Shown: in pieces, positions 49,048 through 59,562 of the stretch
How positions within the stretch are numbered: position 1 is the stretch's first letter
Layout: each line of letters opens with the position of its first letter
Assembly (NCBI GenBank): GCA_038890745.1
Contig: JAWAFD010000002.1
Coordinates: 64,001-128,000 of the forward strand
Length of the DNA stretch: 64,000 nt
Source of the DNA: Candidatus Anstonellales archaeon
GTDB lineage: Archaea; Micrarchaeota; Micrarchaeia; Anstonellales; J096
Reading direction: 5' to 3'
Program-made: the position numbers and the translations under genes
Notes under the pieces: model-generated
Seen by the model: the letters and a program-made list of their open reading frames with translations, nothing else
Databases searched by the model: none
What the model was told of the DNA's origin: nothing

Positions 49048-51855
49048 ATGGCTCCATTAAAAGAAGCTGTGCTGCTTCCACATGTACGGCAGAATGCAAA
49101 ATCCACCATCATGCGTAGGATGATTGATAGAAGAATAGAGGAGGTTAGAAGAGAGCTTGCCGCTACGGAGAGAGAGGCCCTTTTTGAGGAGGCACGAAAA
49201 TTGCTTCTCAGAAAAGAGGTTGGATTTAGTGAGCTTGTCCCTGTTTTTATCCATCTCGGGATTCTAAACCAGAATAGTTATGTTGGAGCAATAAAACTAG
49301 CCCTTCTGCTTAAGGATGATGATATTTTGAAGAGCGCGGTTGAATATGCGAAGGAAAATGGTGCGAATGTTTTTGAGATAAGAAAAATTCTGTGGGAAGA
49401 GGAAGCAGAGCAAAAGGCAGATTTTATCTACCCTCTGCTTTCCTCTATCAGCTTGCAGTCATACGAAAAATTTTACAGCGCGGCATGGAAATATCTCGGT
49501 GGGGATGTTGAGAGAATAAAATCCGCTGTTGCACTCTTGCATGCAAGAGAAAAAACAATAAAGGCGCTGAGGAACGAATACAGAAAAAAGGAAAGCGTGA
49601 AGGAATATGCCACAAAACTTAAAAAATGGGCGGATGATGAGCTTTCAAGGGTAGGTATAGAGAACTTCTCTGTTGCGGTATACCGCGCGTATTTTGATGA
49701 TGTTCATCTCAAAAAACAAGATAAAATGGCATGGCACTACCTTAAACTCATCTCTGATGTAGGAATTTTTGATGGGTTTACCTGCGCGATCGTGAATGAT
49801 GCTTTGAGGAGTGGGGAGAGGAGGGTGAGGGAAAAAGCTCTTCGCATAATAAGAGATTTTAAATTGAATGTGAACGTTGAGAGCGCTCTGAGAAGCGAAA
49901 ATATGAACGAAAGGGTTCTAGCCCTTCGAATAATGCTTGAGAAAGGATGGAACGAGATTTTCCGTGAGATGCTTTTCTCAGAATTTTATAAAGAAAGAGA
50001 GATTGCTCTTAGGGCGTTCTTAAAATACTCCCCAAAAATTTCTGAAAAAGAAAGAGAGAGAATACAAAAACTTGCGAGGGTTGAGATAGGAAAGTGCGAA
50101 AAGCTTGCAAAAGAGATTTTGAAAAAAACCGCTGAGATGGGATGCGAAAAACAAACATTAAAACTATTTGCAGAGAAAGTAAGAGAAAACCTAGGAAAAG
50201 TTTTTGATGCGAGCAGGGCTTATGTATCTAAGTTTAAGTCTAGGTTGGTAGAAAAAAGGAAGACAATGGAAACCGCGAAACAAGCATTAAAAGTATTTTC
50301 AGAAAAAGCAAAAGAAAATTCTGCAAGAGTCTTTGATGCGCTGAAAGTTTATTCGCATGATGCGTACGAAAGAATGGTTGAGTTTTCAAAAAACATCTTC
50401 GCATACCTAGACTATGTTGCGTTTAGACTGCGTTTGGAGTGGATAGAAAAAAGAGCAAAAATGGTCATGCATGCGAAAAGAATAAATAAAATGATTTGGG
50501 GCTCTGTTTTCTCGCTTACTGCTTCATTTCCTGTTTTTGCAAATGATATAAAGAGTAAAGTAGATGCGTTGGCGCTTTCTGTAGACATTAGAACTGCTCT
50601 TGGGTATTTTCTTATTTTGGCGACCATGGTTTTTGCAACCTCATTAAATCATCAGACAAAGAACAGATGGATTAGGCCAAAGGAACGAGTTGTTCAAGCT
50701 TTAGATGAGGAGAAAAAGAAGAGAGAGGAAAGGGTGCATGAACTTGTCCAAAAAATACTAAAGGGGGATATAACTCTTTCAGATGCGTTAATAATGATAA
50801 AAACCCCAAGAGAAAGACAGGAGCTTACAAAACAATTGAAAAAAACAGAGCCGCCAAAGAAAAAGCCGAAACCAAGAATAGAAATGGACGAAGAAACGAG
50901 AAAGATGTATGAGGAAGCGTTAGGTGTGATCGCCATTACAAAAGGAATGGAGTCCTTTGAATTCAACAGAGCCATGCTTGTCGATAAGTATTATTCCCAG
51001 AATGTCGGAGCAAACAAATGGATAAACATTCTTATTTTTGGCGATAATACCGCCTGGAACTATCCAACAGCCGATCTGGGAAATTCGCTGGATGAAAGAG
51101 AGAGTGTGAATGTCGGGGATATTCTCTTAAACCATGTTGGAAGCGGGTATGTCCTCTCCGATGACTTGGACGGTTATTATCTTGTGGCATACCACGATGC
51201 GAAGAATGGATTAAGAATAGTGAAATTTACTTTTGAGCAGATAAAGAGTGAGTTTGATAGGGTTCTAACCACAGAAGAAGCAAATGAATTCGCAAAGCGA
51301 AAAATATGTAAGGAATTAAACCTTGATCCGAATCAATACGATGTTGTTGTAAAACCATTGGTATTCCCAACTGACTATAATTGCGATAGGCACTGGGATG
51401 ATAGTTCGAACTGCTTAATCGGAAACGCCCACGATTATGGAGCCCCAAGAGAAGGGGGGATAAGAACGCATGAGGGAACAGACCTGTATGCCCCATTTGG
51501 AGCGCCCGTATACTCGCCTGTTGATGGGGTTGTTGTTGAAGCAGGGTGGGGAGGAAGCAAAGCAGGGCTGAGGGTTTGGATTAAGGGTGTTGATGGATAC
51601 TATTACATGATGGCCCATCTTGATAGTATAACTGTAAAGCCTGGTCAGTTCGTTACTGCAGGAACAAAAACAGGAAAAAACGGGGATAGTGGGAACGCAG
51701 AAGGGCTTGCTGAGGTTGGGGCTGCACACAACCATCAGGAAGTGCATGAAAGAGGAAGGAACAACCCGATAGATCCTGATAAGAGATTGTATGATACCTG
51801 GTTTGTTGGGCTTGAACAAAAGCAAGTAGCAAGCTATTTAAACAATTCCGAATAA
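49048..51855 (+). CDS. Large membrane protein with C-terminal M23 peptidase domain
   Basis: Helical/HEAT-like N-terminal half, hydrophobic segments at ~aa 480-530, HEGTD..PVYSPVDG..YMMAHL..VKPGQ.V.AG..GDSGNA..HNH. Confidence 0.85.
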   Translation: MAPLKEAVLLPHVRQNAKSTIMRRMIDRRIEEVRRELAATEREALFEEARKLLLRKEVGFSELVPVFIHLGILNQNSYVGAIKLALLLKDDDILKSAVEYAKENGANVFEIRKILWEEEAEQKADFIYPLLSSISLQSYEKFYSAAWKYLGGDVERIKSAVALLHAREKTIKALRNEYRKKESVKEYATKLKKWADDELSRVGIENFSVAVYRAYFDDVHLKKQDKMAWHYLKLISDVGIFDGFTCAIVNDALRSGERRVREKALRIIRDFKLNVNVESALRSENMNERVLALRIMLEKGWNEIFREMLFSEFYKEREIALRAFLKYSPKISEKERERIQKLARVEIGKCEKLAKEILKKTAEMGCEKQTLKLFAEKVRENLGKVFDASRAYVSKFKSRLVEKRKTMETAKQALKVFSEKAKENSARVFDALKVYSHDAYERMVEFSKNIFAYLDYVAFRLRLEWIEKRAKMVMHAKRINKMIWGSVFSLTASFPVFANDIKSKVDALALSVDIRTALGYFLILATMVFATSLNHQTKNRWIRPKERVVQALDEEKKKREERVHELVQKILKGDITLSDALIMIKTPRERQELTKQLKKTEPPKKKPKPRIEMDEETRKMYEEALGVIAITKGMESFEFNRAMLVDKYYSQNVGANKWINILIFGDNTAWNYPTADLGNSLDERESVNVGDILLNHVGSGYVLSDDLDGYYLVAYHDAKNGLRIVKFTFEQIKSEFDRVLTTEEANEFAKRKICKELNLDPNQYDVVVKPLVFPTDYNCDRHWDDSSNCLIGNAHDYGAPREGGIRTHEGTDLYAPFGAPVYSPVDGVVVEAGWGGSKAGLRVWIKGVDGYYYMMAHLDSITVKPGQFVTAGTKTGKNGDSGNAEGLAEVGAAHNHQEVHERGRNNPIDPDKRLYDTWFVGLEQKQVASYLNNSE

Positions 51856-51864
51856 TCTGCTTTT

Positions 51865-52761
51865 ATGGGTGAGATTGAGGAGAAGCTCAGGCAGATATAC
51901 GGCGATTCTTTTGAGGAGAAGGTTCAGGAGACGATCGCAAAGTATGAAGGTTTGCTCACGCGCGAGGTTGCGATAAAACTCATTGCAAAAGAAAATGGGC
52001 TTATAAAGGATGAGCCAAAGAAAATAAGTGAGATAAAGCCTGGTGCAAAAAAGGTTTGGCTGCGCGCGTATGTTAAAGAGGTTGAGCCCACAAGGGTCTT
52101 TGGGGATAAAAAAATGCGAGCTGTTGTTTTGAAGGATGAGACGGGCGAGGTGAAGGTAAAATTCTGGAATGATCAGATAGACATGCTTAAAAAAATAAAA
52201 ATCGGAGACCTTGTGGAGATAAAGTATGCGTATGAAAAGAACGGGCTTTCCCTTTCTTATGGAGCGGAGATAAATGTTGTTGAGGAGGCAAAGCTAACCC
52301 CCCTTGCACTCATGGAAGAGGGAAAGGTATCTTTGAAAGAGGTTGTGGATTCTGTAGAGGGAAAGATGCAGACAAGGAAAGGAGAGTTTTTTGTTTTTTA
52401 CATAACTGATGGTGAGAGGAAAGAAAAGTGCATAATTGTGGAGGGAATAGACAGGGGAGAGAAGATAAAGCCAGGGGAAGAGGTACTCATACAGAATGCA
52501 ACCTACAAAAATGAAGCAGTGTGGATAAACTCAAAAACACGCCTGCTTGTAAAAAGAAAGGTTGCAAAAGGAGTGGTTGAAGACATGTTTATCGAAAACG
52601 GAAAACTCATTATTGTTTTTAAGGAGGATGGGAAAAGGGTTTTGGAAAGGAAGGATGCTCTAAAGTTTTTGGAGGCAGAGGTCAGCGATGATATAAGTTT
52701 GGAAACAATTTTAAACCTTAAGAAAGAAAATATTATTGGAAAAGAGGTAATAATCCCCTAG
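51865..52761 (+). CDS. OB-fold ssDNA-binding protein (RPA-like)
   Basis: [28 protein letters not shown], second OB fold ITDG. Confidence 0.85.
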   Translation: MGEIEEKLRQIYGDSFEEKVQETIAKYEGLLTREVAIKLIAKENGLIKDEPKKISEIKPGAKKVWLRAYVKEVEPTRVFGDKKMRAVVLKDETGEVKVKFWNDQIDMLKKIKIGDLVEIKYAYEKNGLSLSYGAEINVVEEAKLTPLALMEEGKVSLKEVVDSVEGKMQTRKGEFFVFYITDGERKEKCIIVEGIDRGEKIKPGEEVLIQNATYKNEAVWINSKTRLLVKRKVAKGVVEDMFIENGKLIIVFKEDGKRVLERKDALKFLEAEVSDDISLETILNLKKENIIGKEVIIP

Positions 52762-52775
52762 ATGCAGGTGATTTT

Positions 52776-54920
52776 GTGAAGAAGGAAGAAGTAATATTAA
52801 AGGTTTCAGAGGCTTTGCAGAACGATGTGGGCAGGGGAATTGCGAGAATAGATTCAAAAGCGAGGAATGCTTTGGGGGTGAGTGCAGGGGACGTTGTTCT
52901 GCTAATAGGGAAAAAGCAAACGCCGGCTATTGTCTGGCCTGCCCATCCAGAGGATGAGGGGCTTGATATAATAAGAATGGATGGAATACTTAGACAGAAT
53001 GCAAGCGTTGGGCTTGGGGACAGAATAAAGGTTGTAAAATCAGAGATAAAGGATGCATCAAAGGTTATTCTTGCCCCCCGCGAATCCATCCGCTACACCC
53101 CTGGGTTTGACCAGTATGTGCATAGAAGACTGATTGGGAAGCCGATAATGAAAGGAAACATCCTTCCTGTGGGTGTTTTTGGGACAGCCATCCCGCTCGT
53201 TGTTATGCAGACAACCCCACCAGGTCCTGTGATGGTTACAGAAGAAACAAAGCTTTCAATTAAACCAGAAATAGTTAAGGAGCTTGAGAACGTCCCAACG
53301 GTTACGTATGATGACATTGGTGGGTTGAAGGATGCGATAGCAAAAATTAGGGAGATGGTTGAGCTTCCCCTTCGCCATCCTGAGCTTTTCGAGCGGCTTG
53401 GGATAGAGCCTCCGAAAGGGGTTCTTCTGTATGGCCCGCCCGGAACAGGAAAAACCCTTCTTGCGAAGGCTGTTGCGAATGAGAGCGATGCATCTTTCTT
53501 TTACATAGGAGGGCCTGAGGTTGTGAGCAAGTATGTTGGTGAAAGTGAACAGAGATTAAGAAAAATATTTGAGGAGGCAGAGCGCAGCGCACCGAGCATA
53601 ATTTTCATAGATGAGATAGACGCGATTGCGCCGAAAAGAGCAGAGGTAACCGGAGAGGTTGAGAGGAGAATGGTTAGCCAGCTCCTTACTCTCATGGACG
53701 GGCTTAGGGGAAGGGGGCAGGTTATAGTTGTTGCCGCAACCAACAGACCGGATAGCATAGACCCTGCCCTAAGAAGGCCGGGAAGGTTTGACAGAGAGAT
53801 AGAGATAGGGGTTCCTGATAGGGATGGAAGATTGGAGATATTAAAAATTCATGTAAGGAACATGCCCCTTTCTGAAGATGTTAACCTTGAGGAGATTGCG
53901 GATATTACATACGGATATACTGGAGCGGATATCTCTGCGCTTGTGAAAGAAGCAGCAATAAAAACCCTAAGGAGAATTCTTCCAGACCTAAAGATTGAAG
54001 AGGAGTTCATCCCCTCAGAAAAGCTGGAAAAAATAAAGGTTACGAGGGATGATTTTTTCGATGCACTCAGGGAGATTCAGCCATCTGCTTTGAGGGAGGT
54101 TTTTGTTGAGAGACCCAATGTGCGATGGGAGGATATAGGTGGGCTTGAGAAAATAAAAGCAGAGATAAACGAGGCTGTTGAGCTTCCGCTCAGAAAACCA
54201 GAGATTTTTGAAAAGATGGGCATAAGGCCTGTAAAGGGAATATTGATATATGGCCCGCCCGGAACAGGAAAGACCCTTCTTGCAAAAGCTGTTGCAACAG
54301 AAAGCAACGCAAACTTTATTGCAATCCATGGGCCAGAGGTACTGAGCAAATGGGTTGGGGAAAGTGAAAAAACAATTAGGGAGATCTTCAGAAAGGCAAG
54401 ACAGGCCGCTCCATGCATAATTTTCATAGATGAGATAGATGCAATCGCTCCGAAGAGAGGGCTTGGGGAGTCGAGCATGGTTATGGAAAGGGTTGTGGAC
54501 ACCCTGCTTACCGAGATGGATGGGTTGAGAAGTTTGAGGAATGTTGTTGTTATTGCTGCAACGAATAGACCGGATATTTTAGATGTTGCTCTTCTGAGAG
54601 CAGGAAGGTTCGACAAGCTTATAGAGATTCCTATTCCAGACGAGAGAACAAGGCTTGAGATATTCAAGGTGCATACAAAGAAAATGCCTTTGGACAGGAG
54701 CGTTGATCTGGCAGAGCTTGCGAAAATTACAGAGGGTTACACTGGTGCTGATATTGAGAATTTGGTTAGGGAAGCAGGAATGATGGCTATTAGAACAAAC
54801 TCAAAAAATGTTTCGATGAAAATGTTCATGGAAGCGATGAAAGAGATAAGGCCTTCTGCTGGGGCTGATGAGAAAAAAAGGATAGAAAAGTTTAAGGTTG
54901 AGGGAGCGATGTACGGGTAG
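52776..54920 (+). CDS. cdc48: Cdc48/VCP AAA+ ATPase
   Basis: N domain [10 protein letters not shown]; two AAA modules [24 protein letters not shown] tail. Confidence 0.97.
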   Translation: MKKEEVILKVSEALQNDVGRGIARIDSKARNALGVSAGDVVLLIGKKQTPAIVWPAHPEDEGLDIIRMDGILRQNASVGLGDRIKVVKSEIKDASKVILAPRESIRYTPGFDQYVHRRLIGKPIMKGNILPVGVFGTAIPLVVMQTTPPGPVMVTEETKLSIKPEIVKELENVPTVTYDDIGGLKDAIAKIREMVELPLRHPELFERLGIEPPKGVLLYGPPGTGKTLLAKAVANESDASFFYIGGPEVVSKYVGESEQRLRKIFEEAERSAPSIIFIDEIDAIAPKRAEVTGEVERRMVSQLLTLMDGLRGRGQVIVVAATNRPDSIDPALRRPGRFDREIEIGVPDRDGRLEILKIHVRNMPLSEDVNLEEIADITYGYTGADISALVKEAAIKTLRRILPDLKIEEEFIPSEKLEKIKVTRDDFFDALREIQPSALREVFVERPNVRWEDIGGLEKIKAEINEAVELPLRKPEIFEKMGIRPVKGILIYGPPGTGKTLLAKAVATESNANFIAIHGPEVLSKWVGESEKTIREIFRKARQAAPCIIFIDEIDAIAPKRGLGESSMVMERVVDTLLTEMDGLRSLRNVVVIAATNRPDILDVALLRAGRFDKLIEIPIPDERTRLEIFKVHTKKMPLDRSVDLAELAKITEGYTGADIENLVREAGMMAIRTNSKNVSMKMFMEAMKEIRPSAGADEKKRIEKFKVEGAMYG

Positions 54921-54925
54921 GGAGC

Positions 54926-55327
54926 ATGAAAATATTCAGCATAATAAAAATATACGCGGTTCTTATTGCCCTTTCCCTTCTTGTATTTGCAGTTCTGCCC
55001 GGTTTGGGGATTCTTGACCTAGTTAAGCTTCTTGCAGGAGCAACCGCCCTCACTATACTGATTGCGTTCTTCTACCCAATGATAAGAGGGGTGAACAAAG
55101 GGGATGAAGTTGTTGTTGTTGCGGAAAACATGCCTGTGTTATTCGGAAAAATAGGAAGGGCCCTTGTGAATGCAAAAAAAGGTGAAGAGATAAAGGTAAG
55201 GCTTAATGATGGAAGGGAGGTAGTAGGCATACTTGAAGAGTATGAAGGGCTTTTTTCTCCACCTAAGGTTAAGATACTTTTTGAGAAGACGGAGAAAATG
55301 AACAGAGGGAAAGGTGAGTACTATTGA
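54926..55327 (+). CDS. Hypothetical membrane protein with small beta-barrel (NfeD-like) domain
   Basis: Two TMs, then GRALVNAKKGEEIKV. Confidence 0.6.
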   Translation: MKIFSIIKIYAVLIALSLLVFAVLPGLGILDLVKLLAGATALTILIAFFYPMIRGVNKGDEVVVVAENMPVLFGKIGRALVNAKKGEEIKVRLNDGREVVGILEEYEGLFSPPKVKILFEKTEKMNRGKGEYY

Positions 55328-55905
55328 TAAGTTTTATTGAGCTTCGGGATATTGTAATCTCTATGCTTGCTCTTAGCCTTGCTGTTGCTATAGCTTTTTC
55401 AGGCCCTGATATCTTGCTTAATTTTTCGAAGCTCATGAAGTACATGGTCATATTCATAATTATTGTTGGTTTTGGTTTTGTTCTTCACGAACTCGGCCAT
55501 AGGACAGTCGCCCGTGCTTTTGGTGCCCATGCCAGCTTCAGAATGTGGCCGCTAGGCCTTATTTTTGCTCTTCTCATGTCCTTTGCGGGCTTTGTTTTTG
55601 CTGCCCCCGGCGCTGTTTACATATACTCTTACAGGCCCCTAAGCAGGGAGCAAAACGGACTGATTTCAATCGCAGGGCCTCTTGTAAACATTTTTTTATT
55701 TTTTGTTTTTATTGTTTCCGCATTATTTTTCACGATTTCTTTCGAAGGAATAAACGCATTGTTCATAGGTGCAAAGGTTAATGCATTCCTTGCATTCTTC
55801 AACCTTCTTCCTTTTTTTCCCTTGGACGGTTCAAAGGTAATGGCATGGGACAGGAATATCTGGCTTTTTGCAATAATATTCGCATTCCTTTGTTTTTTGG
55901 TGTAG
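55324..55905 (+). CDS. Site-2 protease (M50) family protein
   Basis: HELGH, AGPLVN, FNLLPFFPLDG; TTG start after GGTGA. Confidence 0.92.
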   Translation: MISFIELRDIVISMLALSLAVAIAFSGPDILLNFSKLMKYMVIFIIIVGFGFVLHELGHRTVARAFGAHASFRMWPLGLIFALLMSFAGFVFAAPGAVYIYSYRPLSREQNGLISIAGPLVNIFLFFVFIVSALFFTISFEGINALFIGAKVNAFLAFFNLLPFFPLDGSKVMAWDRNIWLFAIIFAFLCFLV

Positions 55906-55908
55906 GGC

Positions 55909-56460
55909 ATGTGGCGCGGGGCGGAGGCAAGGGTTGAAAAAGCAAAATTCCTTGGGAAAAACGTAGTTGTTAAAGACAGGTTCGCCCGCAAATACAGGAT
56001 AAAGGAGATAGATTGGAAGGCAAGGTTTGAGAGGACAAAAATGGAGGCAAAGCTTCTGCACAAGGCAAAGCTTGCAGGTGTAAACGCGCCGGTTGTTTAT
56101 GCTGTAAGCGAGAACACAATAACAGAATCTTTTATAGAAGGAAAAAGGCCTGAGAAAATAACCCCTCGCTTAGCTGAAGAATTCGGTAGGATTCTTGCAA
56201 AACTGCACGCAAACAACATCATTCACGGAGATTTTACACCCGCAAACATAATAAAAAGAGGAAAAAAACTTTATGTAATAGATTTTGGGCTCGGGTTTAT
56301 CTCAAACAGGATAGAAGATAAAGCAGATGATGTTTTTGCAATGCTTAGGGCAATAAAAGGGTTTGAAGAATATTTTGTAAAGGGATATTCAGCGTATGAA
56401 AAAAGCGATGCGGTTCTAAAAAGGGTTGAGGAAATAAGAAAAAGGGCGAGGTATGCTTAG
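55909..56460 (+). CDS. bud32: KEOPS complex kinase Bud32
   Basis: RGAEA, RTKMEA, IIHGDFTPAN, IDFGL, IEDKADD, RKRARY. Confidence 0.92.
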   Translation: MWRGAEARVEKAKFLGKNVVVKDRFARKYRIKEIDWKARFERTKMEAKLLHKAKLAGVNAPVVYAVSENTITESFIEGKRPEKITPRLAEEFGRILAKLHANNIIHGDFTPANIIKRGKKLYVIDFGLGFISNRIEDKADDVFAMLRAIKGFEEYFVKGYSAYEKSDAVLKRVEEIRKRARYA

Positions 56461-56570
56461 AGTTCCCCAACCCTTCTCTTCATCTTTCTTTTCAGCCTTT
56501 TCCTTTTTTTCTTTACCCACTTCCATCGCATCCTATTTTTCTTCTTCCATTTCCTTGGTTTTGAACCCAA
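56457..56570 (-). CDS. rpl41e: Ribosomal protein eL41 (missing from the ORF track)
   Basis: TTG start after GGTGA: MGSKPRKWKKKNRMRWKWVKKKRKRLKRKMKRRVGEL (37 aa). Confidence 0.85.
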   Translation of the reverse strand: MGSKPRKWKKKNRMRWKWVKKKRKRLKRKMKRRVGEL

Positions 56571-56646
56571 AAAATCACCCTGAGTAAGTTCGTGAAGGTT
56601 ATTCTTAATATAAATATTTTTAAATGTTCTCTATTTTTCTATCCGT

Positions 56647-57057
56647 ATGAAATCCAAAACATCCTACCTTGAATTCAACACAAAAAACAAAATAGAGTTT
56701 GTGAGGATTACGGATAGAATCCAGCAGATCGTTTCTGAAAGCGGAGTAAAAGAAGGGCTTGTTCTTATAAATCCCATGCACATAACAGCAGCGGTGATTG
56801 TGAACGATAATGAGCAGGGGCTTATATCAGATTTCAAAAGAACGCTGGAAAGGCTTGTTCCCTATAACGCCGAGTATGCGCATAATGTGGGAGAGGATAA
56901 TGCCGCTGCGCACATATGGAGACAGCTCATGGGCCATCAGGTTGTAATGGCAATAACAAACGGAAAGCTTGATTTAGGGCCATGGGAGCAGATATTCTAC
57001 TGCGAGTTTGATGGGCAAAGGAGAAAAAGGGTTCTTGTGAAAGTTATAGGTGAATAG
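56647..57057 (+). CDS. YjbQ (UPF0047) family protein
   Basis: [35 protein letters not shown]. Confidence 0.92.
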   Translation: MKSKTSYLEFNTKNKIEFVRITDRIQQIVSESGVKEGLVLINPMHITAAVIVNDNEQGLISDFKRTLERLVPYNAEYAHNVGEDNAAAHIWRQLMGHQVVMAITNGKLDLGPWEQIFYCEFDGQRRKRVLVKVIGE

Positions 57058-57099
57058 CATTTTTAAACTTTTTGACACATAATAAAAACAGGTGTTTTT

Positions 57100-58803
57100 A
57101 TGGATAGAATTGTTTTTGAAACAAAACATTTTAGACAGACGCATATCGAAAAAAGCGGAAGAAAAATCGGAATAGCGCACGATGTTGCTGTCGAGGGTAG
57201 ATACACGCGTTTTGCTCTCCTCGAGAATATATGGAAAAAACTTAATGCTTCAGTTAAAAACAATAAATCTATTGAAGAGTTCTTGAAGAAAGCAGGAGAA
57301 GCCACGGGCATAAGCAATGATATTTTTGCATACCTGAGAAGCAACAAAAAGCTTAGTGATGAAGAAAAGTTCATTATTTCCGAGATAAACGACTTTTTGA
57401 GGGTTAAGGAGTATGAAGAGCATTTGAAGGATTTTAAGGATATAAGCAAAGGGCAGGAGCCATCTCTCATACATGCATCAAACAGTGAGTATGTTGACCT
57501 TTTTGAGATCTTAAATGGTTCAGAGTACGAAGCGAAAAACAGGGTTATGTATGGAGGGGTTTTTGGAACAAGCATAAATATAAGAAAGCCAGAACACTTA
57601 ACCGGTGTTGCGGATACGGATTTTGCAGAAATATTCTACATGGTTGGGCATCTCTCCCATAGCGGAAATCTCAGTAATGTTCCGTATATACTTTTTGTGG
57701 GGAAATATGATGAGCAAACAAAGGATAAGGGTGAAGATAATTTTGAGGATGTCGTTGCTCTTATAGGTGAAAGAAAGAAAAATTTCATACAACTAGCGAT
57801 AAAAGCCGGAAACTATGTGGAAAAGGATGTGTTGTATTGCGAAGATAGACAGATCCCGCTCCTTTCTGTTGTGTACTTCGCTCATGAGAGGAAGTTTTAT
57901 GTTATTACAGAAAGCGGCACGGTAGAATTCTCGAAATATATTGAAGAGAATTTCGGAGGGTATGCCGTAGCGAGGAAACATCTCGAGGCCCTCAGAAAGC
58001 ATTACGAGGATGAGGCATACTCAAAAATATCTTTATTCAAGAGGTTTTCGCAATCCCTGCATTGCGTAGATTCTAGAGAGCAGGAGCTCACGAAGTTCTA
58101 TTCTGTTGCAAAGGTGATGGGTGCGATACCATCAGATTTCGAGATAGAAAGACTTGCCAGGCACGATTATGCAAAGAGAACAGATATCTACCTCCATACA
58201 AACTGCGGGTATTTGAATGTTGCCCAGGGAATACATTATCTCATTCTGGAGATAATCGATAAGGTGAAAAAAGCGGGTAGTCCGGAAAAAGCCGTAATCG
58301 TAAATGCTTTTGCAGATGTTGTGCATGGTAAAAATGTGAAGATAGATGAAAGGTATGCAGATGAGCTGAAACTTTCCGCAGAATCAAAAAAACTTTTCAA
58401 GGCAATTTTTAACAAGGAAAATCTTAACATGCAGAATATCATGAGGCACATGTTTGAAAGGGGCGTGCTTAGAGAAAGAAAAGTTCTTATCCGCAATGAA
58501 ATCGCAAACCAGGTCTACATGCCTGCCGTGGAGCAGGTTGAGAAAACCCTCGAACAGCATGGATACAAAAAAGAAGAGTTGGGAAATGAATTTTTTTCTT
58601 ACCTTGTTCTTGAAGAAATAGGAAGGGAGCAGGCCCATAGGATAGAGGAGAAGACAAAGGGAAAACTGAATTTTGTAATCCTCATACACGATATAAAAAC
58701 AGGAAGGATATATGATATCCCCAAAAACAGTAGAAAATGGTTTGTTGAAAATAAAGTGAGGAGGGATGCGTTTACCGGCGAAGTTTTGCCCCTTCCCTTA
58801 TAG
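57100..58803 (+). CDS. Orphan protein with beta-carbonic-anhydrase-like Zn motifs
   Basis: CVDSR and HTNCG in the C-terminal half; degenerate FKDISKGQEP in the N-terminal half. Confidence 0.6.
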   Translation: MDRIVFETKHFRQTHIEKSGRKIGIAHDVAVEGRYTRFALLENIWKKLNASVKNNKSIEEFLKKAGEATGISNDIFAYLRSNKKLSDEEKFIISEINDFLRVKEYEEHLKDFKDISKGQEPSLIHASNSEYVDLFEILNGSEYEAKNRVMYGGVFGTSINIRKPEHLTGVADTDFAEIFYMVGHLSHSGNLSNVPYILFVGKYDEQTKDKGEDNFEDVVALIGERKKNFIQLAIKAGNYVEKDVLYCEDRQIPLLSVVYFAHERKFYVITESGTVEFSKYIEENFGGYAVARKHLEALRKHYEDEAYSKISLFKRFSQSLHCVDSREQELTKFYSVAKVMGAIPSDFEIERLARHDYAKRTDIYLHTNCGYLNVAQGIHYLILEIIDKVKKAGSPEKAVIVNAFADVVHGKNVKIDERYADELKLSAESKKLFKAIFNKENLNMQNIMRHMFERGVLRERKVLIRNEIANQVYMPAVEQVEKTLEQHGYKKEELGNEFFSYLVLEEIGREQAHRIEEKTKGKLNFVILIHDIKTGRIYDIPKNSRKWFVENKVRRDAFTGEVLPLPL

Positions 58804-59536
58804 CCCTTACCATCTTTTCTATTTTCTCTTTATTTCCGTCCTCTTCAAATGCGGTTCCAACCTGCACACCATCCGCCCCTGCCTTTATTACACCCTTCGC
58901 CTCTTCGGGTGTTTTTATCCCCCCGGCGACAATGTACGGAATAGAAATTGCCTGCCTTACAGCAGACACCATCTCCAATGGAACATGTCCTGTTTTTGGG
59001 TTTGACCCAGCATCTGTGATGAAGAACCTGAACCCCATGAGTTCAGCAGCCATTCCATACGCAGCCGCAAGCTTTGGTTTTTCCCTTGGAATAAGCTCTA
59101 CCTCACCAACAACCCCAACCGTCCCTCCCGGCTCAACAACAACATACCCGGTTGGCAATGCCTCTATCCCGTATTTTTTTACGACTGGTGCAGCGAGCAT
59201 CTGAGCCCGGGTTATCCAATAAGGGTTTCGCGAATTGAGGAGAGACATAAAATAGATGGCATCTGCGTATTTTGTTATCGTTGCGATGTTTCCAGGAAAA
59301 AGAACAACAGGAACGCTTGTTTTACTTTTTATTTCTTTCACGACGTTATCCAAAAGCTCTCCCTGCACACCCGTTGAGCCGCCGACAAGAATAACATCCG
59401 CCCCTGCCTCGCTAGCGTTAAAGGCTGTCTTTACAGCACTATCAGGATGCTTGTAATCCATTGGGTCTATAACAGCAAACAGCAGCCCGCCTTTTTTCTC
59501 AATGTTTTCCTTTATGTATTCCTCAACCTTCCCCAT
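58772..59536 (-). CDS. Geranylgeranylglyceryl phosphate synthase
   Basis: IDP, ILVGGS, VLFPG, FMSLLNSRNPYWI, AGGI. Confidence 0.93.
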   Translation of the reverse strand: MGKVEEYIKENIEKKGGLLFAVIDPMDYKHPDSAVKTAFNASEAGADVILVGGSTGVQGELLDNVVKEIKSKTSVPVVLFPGNIATITKYADAIYFMSLLNSRNPYWITRAQMLAAPVVKKYGIEALPTGYVVVEPGGTVGVVGEVELIPREKPKLAAAYGMAAELMGFRFFITDAGSNPKTGHVPLEMVSAVRQAISIPYIVAGGIKTPEEAKGVIKAGADGVQVGTAFEEDGNKEKIEKMVRAIREGAKLRR

Positions 59537-59562
59537 GTCTATCCCCTATTTTTTCTCCACAA

